A stretch of DNA of 64,000 bases from Rhina ancylostomus (GCA_030265395.1 JARFYF010000063.1:87828592-87892591), one strand, 5' to 3'; shown: positions 1-14,148, numbered from the stretch's first letter. Notes: generated from the sequence alone by a model not told the origin. Program-made: numbers and translations.

Positions 1-59
1 AGTTTTGCATTCTCATATCCAAGCTGAATATAAGCTTTGAATACATGAGAACCATTTTT

Positions 60-400
60 GTGTAGGATCAATGAAAGTAACTGGAGCAGGAGTAGTCCAG
101 TGAGCCTGCTCCACCATTCAATTAGATCACGGCTGATCTCCTCATGGCTTCAAAACCATTTTTCTTCTCTTTTCCATTAACGCTAAATTCCCTTGAAATT
201 TTTAATGTCTGTCAGTCTCTGCCTTGAGTGTACCCAGTGCCCCCAGCTCTGCAATTCTATCGGGTGCAGAACTCCAAAGAATTACAGCCCTCTGAAGTTG
301 CTCTACCTGCAGGCTAACCTCTTGTGTTTCATGTACTAGGATACCCCAATCCCTTAGTAAGAAGGAGATGGTCATAATATAGTAACCTAACATTATGAGA
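60..400 (-). mobile_element. Decayed CR1-type LINE 3' end
   Basis: ggagcaggagtag...gcctgctccaccattcaattagatcacggctgatct resembles the reverse complement of a CR1 3' UTR. Confidence 0.5.
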
Positions 401-699
401 ATCTACAGCAGAGCAACAGGCCACTTTGGCCCAACTGATCCATGTTATAGTTTATACTCCAAATGAGTGCCCTCACCTGTCAGTGATCTTCTACACTTCT
501 CTAATGTTCTCTTGTTGTCTTGTCATCTTCAAGCCTCCCCAACCTAATACACTTCAATCAATAATCTGTGAGATCCCCCTTCTTGCAACCTGCCAGGTGT
601 AAATATTTTTCTGATCGGTTGGTAGGTGTATTATTTTCAGCAGCTTTGTTCCGAATCCATCTGAATGGGAGGTAATTTCAAACATGGATTCGGGTTGGT

Positions 700-2830
700 T
701 GTTAAAGTGTTAGTGATTTCCATCCCCCAAATGCCCTTGACAGAGTTGTGATGAGCCACTGTCTTTGAACTGCTGCAGTCCTCCTGATAAAAGTACTCCC
801 ACAAATGGGGAGCAGCACCCAAGGATGTAGACCCAGAAATGAAGTTACAGGAATATATTTACAAGTCCAAATGGTGTGCAAGTTGAAGGAGAATGATGAT
901 GTTTCTGTATGCCTGATTCTTCGTTTATTATTCTTGCTGCTGTGTACCAACAGGCTCAAGAACTGCTTCTATCCTGCTGTTATAAGACTATTGAGCAGTT
1001 CCCTAGCATGATAAAATGGACTTTTGACCTTACAATCTACCTTGTTATGACCTTGCATCTTATGTCTACCTGCGCTGCACTTCTTCAGTAGCTGTTACAC
1101 TTCATTCTGCATTTAGTTATTGTTTTACCTTGCACTACCTCAGTGCACTGTGCAATGAATTATTCTGTATGAACAATATGCAAGACAAGTTTTTCACTGT
1201 ACCTCTGTACATGTGACAATAATAAACCAATTCCAGTGACAGAAGTAATGAATTTTNNNNNNNNNNNNNNNNNNNNNNNNNNNNNNNNNNNNNNNNNNNN
1301 NNNNNNNNNNNNNNNNNNNNNNNNNNNNNNNNNNNNNNNNNNNNNNNNNNNNNNNNAGACAAGTTTTTCACTGTACCTCTGTACATGTGACAATAATAAA
1401 CCAATTCCAGTGACAGAAGTAATGAATTTTAGAGATGCTTCACTGCAGCCTAGGCCAGTAACTTTGCTGCTCTTTGTTGATGATGTACCAGGCAGTCACC
1501 AGCTCCAATTGGTGGAGAGTATGAATCTTCAGGCTGGTTGATAGGGTGCCAGTCCATCGGGCTGCTGGATAATGTTGAGTATACTGAATGTTATTGGCAT
1601 TGCACCAATCCAGGCAAGTGGAAAGCATTCTACTACCCTCCTGATTCATGTCTTGTAGATGGTTGAATGGCTTTGGGGTGTTGGGGGGTGGTGGGTGAGG
1701 CACTCAGTAACAGGGTACCTACCCTTGGATCTTCTCTCAAAAGCCATGGCATTCATATAGCTGATCCAGTTGAGTTTCTCTTCTTGGTGACCCCAGAATG
1801 TTGATGGTGTGGGAATTGGCAATTGTAAAGCAATTCTGTGTCAACGGTAGGTGGTTAGACTTTCAGTCTTGTTTGAGAGATCAATGCCTGGCATGTTTCA
1901 GGCATGGATTAATAAATGACAGACATCATATTAAATGATACTTGTCATTTATTGCCCTATGCCTGAATGTTGGATAGGTCTGGCTGCATGCAGGCACGAA
2001 TGCTTCATTTTCTGAGGAGTTGTGATTAGAATTGAACACATGCAATCATCACTAAACATCTGAGCTTATGATGGTAAAAGGTTCATTGATGAAACAGCTG
2101 TAGGCAGTTGGGCTTGGGGAAACTACCGCACCAATATCCTGGACTGGGTGATTGACCTCTGACAACTGCCACCATCTTCCTCTGTGTAAAGTATCCCTCC
2201 AACTAGGCTTCAGGTTAACCAGGGTGCTTTGATGCCACACTCAGTCAAATGTTGCCTTGATACTGAGGGCAGTCACTCTTGTCTCACCTCTGGGACTCAG
2301 CTCATGGCTCATGCTTGAACAAGTTTGTGACTATGAGCCCCAAACTGAGCAGGTTATTGGTGAGTAAGTGCATCTTGATAGTGCTGTCAAGAGCACCTTG
2401 ACTTTAATTAAGAATAGTAATTAACTCGGTTGGATTTGTCCTGCTTGTTATCATACAAGTAAATCAAGTTGGCAGAAGTCTGGCTTCTGTAACGACAGGG
2501 AACTGGGGAGGAACATGGTTGTGAATGTTTCAGCTTCAGCTTTAGCAGTCACATGCAGGATCCTGCCGTCACTGAAGATGGGGATGTATTTTCGAGTCTT
2601 CTCCTTTTGGGTGTTTAATTGTCCACCACCGTGCACCACTTAATGTGGCAAGACTGCAGAGCTTTCATCTGTTGATGTGAGATTGCTTAGCCCTGTCCAT
2701 TCTACACTGTTCTTGTTGTTTAGTGTGGATGAGGTCCTATGTTGCAGCTTCACCAGGTGGTCACCTTATTTTATGCCTGTTTCATGCCTTTCTACACTCC
2801 TTATTGAACCAAAGTTGATCCCCTTGCTTG
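700..2830 (-). mobile_element. Old CR1-like LINE RT and 3' region, interrupted by a younger element and a gap
   Basis: Frame fragments such as ...WHQSTLVNLK... (2052-2240) and ...AKAEAETFTTMF... resemble CR1-group ORF2; many stops and indels. Confidence 0.65.
935..1235 (+). mobile_element. Rex1/Babar-like LINE 3' end
   Basis: accaacaggctcaagaactgcttctatcc...acatgtgacaataataaaccaatt; the same tail recurs at 3388, 29715, 38600 and 45583. Confidence 0.75.
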
Positions 2831-2911
2831 ATGGTAAGAAAGAATGAGCACATCAAAGCTGCTTTGGCGTGAAGGAGACCTTTTTAGAATTGTAAAAGGC
2901 CTGTTTCTGTA

Positions 2912-3095
2912 GTGTGACCTGGGTTCAATCCTGACCTTGGGTGCTGTCTGTGTGGAGTTTGAATGTTCTCCTTATGACCACATGGTTTTCAGTTTCCTTC
3001 CACATCCCAAAGATGTGCTGGTAGGTTATTAGGTTACTGTAAATGAGACTCTGTGTAGGTGGGTGGCCAGAGAAATAGGAGGGAGTAGATGTGCT
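2912..3095 (+). mobile_element. tRNA-derived V-SINE (HE1-like)
   Basis: B-box-like gggttcaatcc followed by the V-domain-like tgtgtggagttt...ccacatcccaaagatgtgc. Confidence 0.75.
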
Positions 3096-3387
3096 TAATC
3101 TCTTCTCATAGTTGCCTCCTCTTCACACTAGTAACATTTCATATGAGTCTTTCTCATACTTTCTTTTATGCTTCAATATGGAGACCTGGGTAGGGGCAAT
3201 ACTCCAGATGTAGCCTAAAGTGAAATATAAAAATAAAATTGCAGCCTTCCTCATTTTCCTGCATACCTTCTGGCCTTTGTTTTCTACTTTGACCTGGCTA
3301 ACAAGGTAGCTGCAGGTGAGCCAGATTTGATTATTTTGAAGATAGGAAAGAAAAGGCAACTCTTTGAGCTTCCGTCCTGTAGACCTG

Positions 3388-4055
3388 GTAATTGATTTAT
3401 TATTGTCACAGGTACCAAGATGCAGTGTAAAGCTTTTGACTGCACGCCATCCAGACAGATTCCATACACAAGTACATCGAGGTAGCCCGAAAGGAAAAGG
3501 AAAAACAATGCAGAGTATAGTGTTATGGTTACAGAGAGAGAGTGCAGTGCAGGTAGACAAATACAGTGCAAGGGCCATGACGAGGCAGACTGAGAGACCA
3601 AGAGTTCGTCTTTACAACATAAGGGGTCCATTCGAAAGTCTTGTAACAGTAGGACAGAAGCTGTCCTTGAGCCTGGTAGTACGTATTCTCAAGCTTTTGT
3701 GCCTTCTGCCTGAAGGAAGGGATAGAAGAGAGGATGACCAGGTCGGAGAGGTCCATGATTGATTATGTTGGCTGCTTTCCTGAGGTAGCGGGAAGTGAAG
3801 ATTGGTTTTTGTGATAGACTGGACTGCATTCAAAACTCTCTGCTATTTCTTGCAGTCTTGGGCAGAGCAGTTGCAATACGAAGCTGTGGTGCATCCAAAT
3901 AGGATGCTTTCTGTGGTGCATCTGTCATAATAAAAAGATTGGTGAGGGTCAGTGGGGTCATGCCAAATTTCCTTGGCCTTCTAAGGAAGTAGAAGCACTT
4001 GTGTGCTTTCTTGGTCATAGCATCTACATGGCTGGACCAGGACAAATTGTTGAAT
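3388..4055 (-). mobile_element. Rex1/Babar-like LINE, 5'-truncated
   Basis: ORF2 C-terminal remnant SWSSHVDAMTKKAHKCFYFLRR..KFGM plus the shared 3' UTR. Confidence 0.8.
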
Positions 4056-4629
4056 TGATCTGAAATTAAATATATCCCAAAATGAAACTTATTGTAGCAG
4101 AAAGAGCATCCTGTGTGTTTTCACTTTATTCCAACATCTGAATATGGTTTTCATTCTAAAGTGCAAGTATTTTGTATTTAATTTTTGGGAAGGCTTCAAG
4201 GAAGCTGTTCATCAGTTTGTATAAGAAACCAAGGTTAATTATTGATGGATGCTGAGGGCATGATTTGGAATTTGTACTTGATTTCTAAAAGCTGAGCTGT
4301 TAGAATTCTAATGTGTCCATGAAATGATGGATGTAGTTTCTTTCTCTCTCTGAAAGCACTCTACTATCAGTGCACAGGCAGAACTTGAACAGTATTTTCT
4401 GTTGAATATAAATTTTACCACCAATAATTCCACCTTTTGTTTCAGTGTGATGGATTATTAAAATTACAGGAAATTCATGAGAATGTAAATCAAAGGATGT
4501 GCAGAGTGCAAAATTAAGGTTATTAATGTTTTATGATGTAATTAGTATAGGACCATTTACCACAGTTTGTAAAATAAAATGTGGGTGTTGCAATTTGTGC
4601 AGACTAGTAATCATCTAATCCTAAATTGG

Positions 4630-5330
4630 TACAGCAGCCATTTGGCCTACTGTACCTGGTCTGGTTCTTTGGTAGTGTCATGAGTCCCAATCTTTGCCCA
4701 GAGCCCTGCAATATTTATTCCTTTTCATGTATTTACCCAACTCCATTTGTTTCTTTTGAATCAAGCCTTTTCAATCTATTTAGTACTTCCCACCCTCCAA
4801 TTCCTTCTGGATAATTCTGTAAATTATTTCCCTTCAAATGTTTATCCAATTCTGTTTTAAATGTTACTATTGAATCTGTTTTCATGAGTTCTTTGGGCTG
4901 TACATTCCAAATCGGAACAACTTGCTCTGTTAAATGTTCCCTCGAATTGCCTTTGGTTCTTTTGGCAATTACCTTAAATCATTGTCCTCTCGTTACATCT
5001 GGAAACAGTTTCTCCTTTTTCAATCTATCAAAATCTGCCAAAATCTTCAACATTTTCATCAAATTTCCTTTTGACCCTTGTATGCTCTGAACAATCCCAG
5101 CTTCTACAGTCTGTCCGCTTAACTCGGCCGTGGAACTCCTACAGCTCTTCTAAGGCTTCGACACATTCTTCATATGTGTGATACTTGGAACTGAACAGAA
5201 ACACCAATTGAGATGTACCTTTTTAAATAAAGGTTCAATACAATGTTTTTTGCTAAAGCCAAGGATCTCATATGGTTTTATCTTGTCCTGTTGACTTAAG
5301 GATTGTGTACATGCTGCCTTCCAACCACAT
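4630..5330 (-). mobile_element. Decayed CR1 fragment(s)
   Basis: atttatccaatt...gaacaatcccagcttct motifs typical of the CR1 3' region in reverse orientation. Confidence 0.5.
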
Positions 5331-6184
5331 TGTGTATGTATTGACTTCCTACCAGAAGTATGGCCAGAATCATTCATCTTGGTTAGGTTACTGTTTACGT
5401 TCTACCCATGGAATGTCTGGAGGAGGTAGTTACACATAAAACTAATTTATTTTCTATTTTGCTTCCATCTAACTTTTTAATGCAGTTAAGCACGAAAAAG
5501 AACAATCCTTGTCTGTTTTGTGTCTATAATTCTGGGTTTCTGTTTCTTTCTGATGATTCTCAATGTTTCTGTGAGGTCCTGCACTAATCCCACTAGGCAA
5601 TTGCACATTGCTTCTCCACTATTTTCACTTCTGATATTATTACTCATCCAATTTAGGCTCCTGTTTGTTTTACCACACTGCCAAATCAAGATTCATTTCT
5701 TTTGAGACTTTAGATTTTGCCATTCAAGAGGTCCTTAGGTAATTTCTGACAGTCTGTTCAAGACAGCACAGGAAGACAGATGCATGATAGATCTCAGGTA
5801 CAGGTCGCTCAAGCTGGGCTGATGAATTCACTTCAGAGCACGATGGTCAATTTGGACTAAAATTTGGTATTGACTAAGAGTGAAAATTTCCAGTGAACAG
5901 TGACATGAAAGGCAAGTGATGTTTGGCCACGTGAGACCAGAGGCAGGTTCTTCCCACGTCATGACTTCCTGCTTCAGTAGTTCAGTTGGAACCTTGACTG
6001 TCTGTTACACCCAGTGAAATGCAGAGGTATTTTTACAAATGGATGATTACAAGTCCCTCCAGTGGGAGACTTCACTAGGCAAAACTCAACTATGTTTTCT
6101 CCAGATCGATCCCGGTAGCTATTTTATATTAGATGCACTCCATGATATTCGGATCAGAAGAAACGCAGTTCCACAGTGCATATA

Positions 6185-6270
6185 CACAAACTGCAGGAGG
6201 AACTCTGTTAAGAGAGTTCCTCCAGCTCTTTGTTGCTCCAGATTCCAGCATCTGCAGTCTCTTATGTTTC
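6185..6270. repeat. Short fold-back derivative of the Penelope terminal sequence
   Basis: ggaggaactct-gttaagag-agttcctcc hairpin followed by ttgctccagattccagcatctgcagtctctt, the terminal motif also seen at 37320 and 55130. Confidence 0.65.
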
Positions 6271-9200
6271 CAAAGCATGTATGTTTATTACATGTAACAG
6301 AAAAGATAAAATATAACAGTTGTACCAACATGGTCAGTTAAAGGCAGAAATAATATATTAACTTTTTTCAAGATTTCCAGATGATTGAACATGAAGGATC
6401 CTATTGGTAACAACAGAGCAATCCAGTCCTTTTTTGATAATGTTCTAATTAATTGAGATACCACATCTTCCTTCAATACATTGATAAACAAAACACCTCA
6501 TTTCAAACCTATCCTTCATCCATTACTCTCATTATCAACTTGGTCTTTGTCTCGGCATTTTCTTCAATTATCTTTTCCAAGAATAACACACACATTTTGT
6601 GACCTCCAGAACATCCCTCAAATTGTCCTAATCATAAAATAAGATTAGATGAATGACTCCTTGCTCAAAATAATTCAAGGACAGGCTTTACTGGATAAGG
6701 TCCAACCTTTTTAGATGCCTATTATAATCTTTATATTTAAAACTTTATTCTAAAATGGATGCCAGCAAAAGCACTTGAGGCTCCCATATTCAAACGGTTC
6801 AGCAGAACTTGGAGTTAAGGTAGGGATGATGCACCGTCATCCAATACTTTGGCAATACTTTGGAAAATAAATTGGGGAAGGAAGTGGGAAAACATATAGA
6901 CATAAGGAAATGACAAATTATGATCCCCAAACTTGTGCCATCTTTCCTTAGAACAGAATAAAGCACATGGTGGGGGAAGAGATGGCAAGCAACCGGTAGA
7001 TCAAGGAGACATCTGCAGACAGAATGTCTTGCAAGATGACCTAATCTGTATTGCTAAGGTGACCTATGTGTGTGTGTGTACGCATGCAACCTTGGAGTCT
7101 TGTGGAAGAGCGGAGATGCACAAGCAGTTGTTAGATTTCTTGTGGTTGCCTGGCAAAACAGCAGTAGGATGGTAACAAATGGTGAAACAATTAATATTTT
7201 TGCCACCAAAGAGATTGAGCCTTTAGAGGTTGGTGATGGTGGTAAGAAGACAAACGATGTGTTTGACGGCTGAATGATGTTTAATCAGCTGAAAATAGTA
7301 AAAGATAATCTGCTGAATCTGGAGATTAGTAAAATGCAAAATAATAGAAATAAACCCTTTTGTAATTATGAGAGTTGGTTGGGTTTAGTATGAAATTTTG
7401 CCCTTTTTTTAGAGCAATCTGATTGCTTGCACTTTACTGCATTAATGCTATTTAAATAGTGATTTTAAAAATACACGTTTTATGCTCAACAGGAGGCTCA
7501 GAAGCCATCAGATTTTGTGGACCCCTTTAAGTAACTCATCTCACCCATCTCTGATCAATCCTTTACACTTCTCTACCTTTCNNNNNNNNNNNNNNNNNNN
7601 NNNNNNNNNNNNNNNNNNNNNNNNNNNNNNAATAGCTTTGAGTAAAAATCTGAAAGGATTAGCTGCTTATCTGGGTAAGATATTTGAAGTAATTAGTGAA
7701 GTTGGACTGATAGACATGCCCTCTGCGTTGGAAGAGCATTGCTTTGAAAGACAGGAGGTATTTCTTTAGATTCTCACGTTCTGGGATAGCTTTTTGGCTA
7801 GAAGCAGGAAATGTGGGTGTGCCACAATTCACAAAGGTATGACAACAAGAGTGGCAGACAAAGTATCCAATAGAATTAGCCAAATGATTGTGCCATTATA
7901 GTCCAGTTCTAAGATAATTTTATTCCACAAATTAGCCTTGCCTTTACCCAACATGGCTCATAAAGTCATGCAAGTCTGTGTCTGTTTTAATTATTTATTC
8001 CTGTTTACAATGCCATAATTTGTATCTTATTTCTTGGACAGCAAAGAGGACAGAGAGTTCAGAAATCTGCTTGAGTTTTCTGTCCATGCAGAATGGATAT
8101 TAAAAATGTTTAGATCTGGAAGGCAGAATCAACAAGGCTGATAAGATATAACAGGAACAGAGTTCTTCTAGGAAGCACTGTTGGAAGTATAATCCAGTTA
8201 GCTGAGGAAATCAATGTATATGAAATTACATGTTTGCAAGCTCAACTCTGAACGTAAGGGAAGGGAATATCCAAAGGTCTACCATACAAACAGATAAATG
8301 GAAATTTCAACCATAATTCGAGAACTTGTTTTTAAATCAATGTAGTGGTTAAACCTGTCAGGATTGAGCAACTAACCCAAGATTAAAATAATTTAACCAT
8401 TCTAGTTTTTTTCCCTGAGGTCTACATCACTTAAGAAAATAAATATCAAAAGGTCCATATACACATCTGTAAGCTGTTGAAATGATAACTGATCATTATC
8501 AGACAGAAAAATATTTTTCATTCTCCCTAGAACAAGGTGTTCTTGGAGGAAATATTTCATTTTGTCAACCAACTCTTTTTATTTTTTTTATTATTGAAAC
8601 CAACATGAATTAGAGGCAGTAGTGTACATTTAGTTCTATCTCCAATTTAATTGCTTCCATTAGTTTGCAAGAATATTACTGTCAGTTGGAAATGGAAAGA
8701 TTAGTAGTCCTTCAATTGATGTCAATGGACTTCATTAGTAAAGCATTTCTTCTCTGAATTTCAGTGAAAACACCAAATAATCTGTAAAAACAAAATATTC
8801 ATTAACTTAACTTTTTTAATTCTCAAAAGAGGAACTGCTCAATTTTAGACAGAGAATGGTATTGCAGTGGATTCATTATATTATTACTGGGATATAGTAA
8901 TTATTTCCCTGCACTTCCTGTCTGGTTTGCAACAGGACTGTCATAAACATCTGGATCTACATTTTTAAAGTGATATTGTTAATGTACAGGTCTGCATCTA
9001 GTTAGCATTTAGATCTGTGATGAAAATTATTTCCTGAATCCCTAAATAAACCATGAAAATATTATTTGGCGAGTGAAGCTGGTGTCTTGGACAGTGGGCT
9101 ACCAAAAAGTTTTGGCTGGGATCTGTAAAGCCTGGATTCCACCAGTTCACTGCTGAGCATAATTTCCAGCAGGCCTTTCAGCAGCTTGAATCATCTCACT

Positions 9201-12200
9201 GAAATGCATCCAAAGCTTAATTTAAATATTACAATGCACTGAAATGGACATAATACAATTTTCTATTCCCATGGGCTGCTTGTTTTCCCCCTTTCTTCAT
9301 TTGGTCTGAATGAGGTTTGGACATCTCTTGTACAATATCTTTCTTATTTTTAAAAAAGAGTTGTATGGTGCCTTTAGTTTGGAATTCTAATATTAACTCC
9401 TCAATACCATTTTAAGAGAGAATATTTGCTTTTCTCCTGACTACAAAGCAATATTTATGCAAAGCCTAAAATGGCCTAACTTCCATTAATTTACCAGAAA
9501 GCTGGTTTCCTATGTCTGGATGTGGAGGACATTGATTTAAGATAACTGGCACAACAATTGGATGGGAAGTGAGAACTTTATTTTTTAAAATGGAGAGCAG
9601 TTGTAATCTGGAATACAATACTCAAGAGGGTAACATAAACAGATTCAATGGTAACTTCCAAAAGGAAATTGATTCCAAAGGGGAAAAATTGTATTGACAG
9701 AAAAAGTGGGTGCAATGGAACTAATCTGATAGGTTTTTCAAAGAGCTGGCTGAATGACACCCCCATCCCTGACTTCCCCTCCCCCTTCTATGTTGTAAGA
9801 CTCAAACAAAGAAATACATATGAAATAAGTAGTTCAGAAAATAGTAGCAGAAATTCCAGAATATAATGTTATTTACTAACTGTACACTTATTAAGTTCTC
9901 TGTTTTACTTTGTAGTCTTACAATAAATATTTTAATTCATGCCTTTTCCAGTGGAGTACAGAAGTCATTATTGATTGAGTTGCTGGGGGCAGGGCTAGTA
10001 ACTGGCTTCTGTTTCAATAGTGTCATTTAGCTCATTAATTCATCAGCTTTGCCATGACACATAATCACTTTAACAACAAAACTTCGATCAACTATAAAAT
10101 GATGGGGTTTTTAACCAAATGTATTTCTTGGCTCAAATGGACATTTCAACCATTTATGAATGAAAACTTTTTAACAGTAACCCACTAACAGGTTTGGCTG
10201 ACAATTTACCAATTGCATAATTTACTAAATTCCAAAGGTAATGACATGGAGAAAAAACACTATCATTTATTTAATTATTTTCCAATCATTCTGGTTCTAA
10301 ACTTGAGAAATAACTTTTTTTATGACAGTAACTTGGGTCAAAAGGTGTAGTTCATGATTTAGCCCTTCAATTTCTCAATGCTCCATTGTATTTGGAGAGA
10401 TCTTCCTATATGGACCTTATGATTAACCAAGCAGTCACTAATTCAGTCTGACAATTTGCATACATTACCAAAATAGCTCTCAATATTCATGTACAATAAT
10501 TCTATGGTTTCTCACTTTGTTTTATTATTTTCTCCTGCTACATAATCTATTTTGCTGAAATGAAAAGCCTCCACAAAGATGGAATTAGCTGTGGATTTTC
10601 TCATATCACATCACTTTGTCTCTCTTGCACAGTATCTCTCATACATTTTCATCACATCTGTCTTTCCCAATATCTATGAATAAGTTATTAAATGATATAA
10701 AAAGAGAAAATGCATCGAATTGGCCAATCTTGCTAGATCATGCCTTGAATTGTATAATATAAATCTATAGATGTAAATATAAGCTTACTGTAAATCCTAC
10801 AACAGGAGCAGACACTATAGAGATGCTTATCTTTAATTTTGACTTTCAAGCACATAGTATAGGCACAATGGTTTCAGTCTTGATCACATCCTAATGAGTT
10901 ATCATCTTTGGATATTCTGGGAGACTGCAGATGAATGAAATCCAAACAAAACCCATGGCACTTTTCAGGTTGAAAATTCATTCCAGATAAACTGTGAATT
11001 AGGATCATTTCTCTGATTTAGTTTTGTAGTAATTAAATTATTTGTCACCAGTGCTAATAAAACTGAGATTTTATTTTCTAGTTTACACTTTGTTTTTTAA
11101 GTGTTTTCTAAAACAAAACATGTTATCTGTACTGCACAGCACTGTTAGCTTAACAGATATGCAATAGTCAGCAGGTATGTTTAATTTGTAAATCTACAGA
11201 GTTAGTGGCCAAATTCACAAATGACAAATAAAGGGTATTCAAATGGTAAAATAATATTTCTTTTTATACTATCTATGGAAAAATAACTTTTGAAGCACAT
11301 GGAAATGCAATTCCCCACCTTAAAGAGCAGTATTAAGGTAGATAAAGACTTGATTGCTTACATTTATAGATTTATATTATAGAATTCAAGACATGATCTA
11401 GCAATTGTCTTTCTGCTAATGCAGATATATAGAAACTATTTTCTTCAGGCTTAATAATAGGCATCATCTGATTATTATCTCAAAGATACATATAGGACAG
11501 AGCTCTGATCTTCCTTATAGTTGCTTTAGAAGCTCCTCTTGATAGCTTTCACTGTATATTTATCTAGTAAAGGCAAATTCTGAATCTGCACAATCCTTGG
11601 TTTACTTTCTTGCAAGAGTAATCAAAATCAAACATTTTCTTTATAAATGCACAATTTTATCAGATACCTAACCCGAATATCAAGTCCATTAATAACTTAA
11701 TGGTAAACCACAAAGCAAACAAGCAGAAATTCCATTTGTTTGATACCAGTACAATTCTGTTTAGGTTGGAGAGGTTGTTGATATATGCCACGTAGTTTGT
11801 CAAACAATGCTCGAAGTGTATTATTAATTCCAAATTGAGCTTTATCATAGTCACTTTTTGGTGAGTAGAAATCACATTGTTGATGGATGCATATTTTAGG
11901 GATTTAATCACTGCAAATCAGAAGGCTCAGTAATCAGAAGGCTCAAAATATAATGTTTGCTAGCACTTGTTAAGGAGATGACAGGCATTCATCCATCATG
12001 TCTGTTTCACCTGTTTACAGAAAGAATCTAAAACCAATCCCAGTGAATCACCTCATTGCTAGTTATTTTAAAATGTTTACATAATTTTCCCTAAAAAATT
12101 GCAATTGTTTCTACCTCAATCATGCCAGAGTAGGGAATAATTGATATATTCTGTCAATATTTGTCAGCCTACTATAATGACATGCCCCTTGCTATCAGAT

Positions 12201-12924
12201 ATTTTGCTGTAAACTTCCACAAATCTCCCAGTCAGCTAAGTACAGGTGAACAGATTCTAGTCTTTAGCCAATATTGGGCGCATATTCTATTTTACTTTTG
12301 ACTCGCAGTATCTCCAGTATTTTCCTATTGATGTACCTTTAAAGATTCTTATATAAGTGTGTTTCTTTTTTCAAACCAAATTGGCTGCTTTTCCAGTCCA
12401 TCTCTCCTGCTGTCAAACCTTTCTCACTAGCTGGTGGCTGGTGAAAAATAAATAGCTACTCTCAGCATGAAGACGTGAGCCAACTCTAGCCTGTGAAATA
12501 TATTGTAATTGCTTAATATTTCTGAGGGCATTAGGGAGTCAGCATGACAGGCAGCTGTGCTGTGCCCTCTTGCCAAGGTCAGGATGAGAGGAGAAAACAA
12601 GACTGTAACGCTGAACGTCATTCAAACTGAGAGAAGCTGCAGCCCTCTCCTTTTGTGCTTGTAGTCCAATTAGTCAACACTGTCACCAAAGCATGAGGGT
12701 TCTTTGCCTTGCCCTGAAATAATTGAACAGAATTGGTCTGCTGATTGTATTAATCTCCAAATCATTTACCTTTTATAATTTTTTTTTTATCCCCACTGGC
12801 TCCAGATCCACTTGTTTCAATGTACCTCTCTTCAGGCCTCAGTGAATGGGCCACCCACTCACAAACCTACACTGCAACCGTTGGCAGTTTTCTCAACTGG
12901 AGTTTTTTTTTTCAAACCATTTTT

Positions 12925-13800
12925 GGAACATGGAACGTAGAAAAGTATAGTAAAGGAATAGGTCATTTGGCCCACAATGTCTGTGCAGACCATGATGCCA
13001 AACTAAACTAATCCTATTTGCCTGCATGTAGTCTGTATCTCTCCATTCCCTGCCTGGTCATGTGCCTGTCTAAATGCCTCTCAAACATTGCTGTTGTATC
13101 TGCTTCCACCACCTCCCGTGGCAGCACGTACCAGGCACCTACTATTCTCTGTGTGTTTGTCTATTTTTTTACACTTGCCTTGTATATCTCCTTTCAAACG
13201 CTCTCCCTCTCACCTCTAAAGTTATGCCCTCTTGTATTTGACATTTCTACCCTGGAAAGAACACTCTGTCTACTCTATCTATGCCTCTCATACTTATACA
13301 TATTACTATCTGGTCTTGTGTCAGCCTCTGATGCTCGATGATCTAAGTCTGCGCCAACCTCTCCCTAATAGCTAATACTCTCTAATCCAGGCAACATCCC
13401 GGTAAATCTCTTCTGCCCCCTGTCCAGAGCCTCCACATCCCTTTGTTTTATGGTGACCAGAACTGCCCACAACACTCCAAATGTGGCCTAACCAAAGATT
13501 AGTACAGCTGCAACATGATTTGCCAACCTTTATACTCGATGCTTTGATGAAGGCAAGCATGTTGTGCACCACCTTTACCATCCTACCCACATGTGTTGCC
13601 ACTTTCAAGGAGTTATGGAATGCACCCCATGATTCCTCTGTACATCAGTGCTCCTAAGGATCCTGCCATTTACTGTATACCTTCCCCATGCATTTGACCT
13701 CCCAAAATGCAAGATCTCACACTTGCCCAGATTAAACTCCTTCTACCATTTCTCCACCCATATTTCCAACTGGTCTGTATCCTGCTGTGTCCTTGACAAC
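12925..13800 (-). mobile_element. CR1 LINE 3' portion
   Basis: Minus-strand remnant MKVATHVGRMVKVVHNMLAFI... of CR1 RT, with CR1 3' UTR. Confidence 0.85.
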
Positions 13801-13839
13801 CTTCCTGTCTGCAACCTCTGCCAATTTTTGTCACCTGCA

Positions 13840-14148
13840 AGCGTCAGACAAGACATTAAACTCAGACCCTGTCCACACTCTCAGACAGATATACAAGATC
13901 CCATGACCACTATTTGGAAGACCAGGGATGTGATCCAAGTATCCTGACTGAAATATCCTCTGTAGACAACATAGGATGAAACAAATTATCTGGCTGTTAT
14001 CTCATGCTATTATTGGGAGCTAGCTAAGAGCTAATTGACTGTCGCATTTCTAATATCACAAATGGACTACATTTCAAGGTTCTTCAATGGCGGTAGAAGG
14101 TTTACATGTCCCTAGTCATTGAAAGGCACTGTAGAAATGCAGGTCTTA
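13840..14148 (+). mobile_element. Deu-domain SINE (SacSINE1/AmnSINE1-like) with L2-type tail
   Basis: gacattaaactcagaccctgtc...aagatcccatgaccactattt...gaaaggcactgtagaaatgcaggtctt follows the Deu-SINE layout as I recall it. Confidence 0.7.

Noticed and set aside
1183-1430. Perfect direct repeat of about 74 bp flanking a 100-N gap
   Set aside because: Identical sequence on both sides of a fixed-size gap is the signature of unmerged overlapping contig ends, not a biological duplication.
6288-6630. Coding-looking minus-strand stretch (FINVLKEDVVSQLIRTLSKKDWIALL...)
   Set aside because: Interrupted by stops, no coherent splice pair and no family I recognise; would need tBLASTx to revisit.
11916-11945. 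16-bp tandem repeat aatcagaaggctca x2
   Set aside because: Simple local slippage; only two units.
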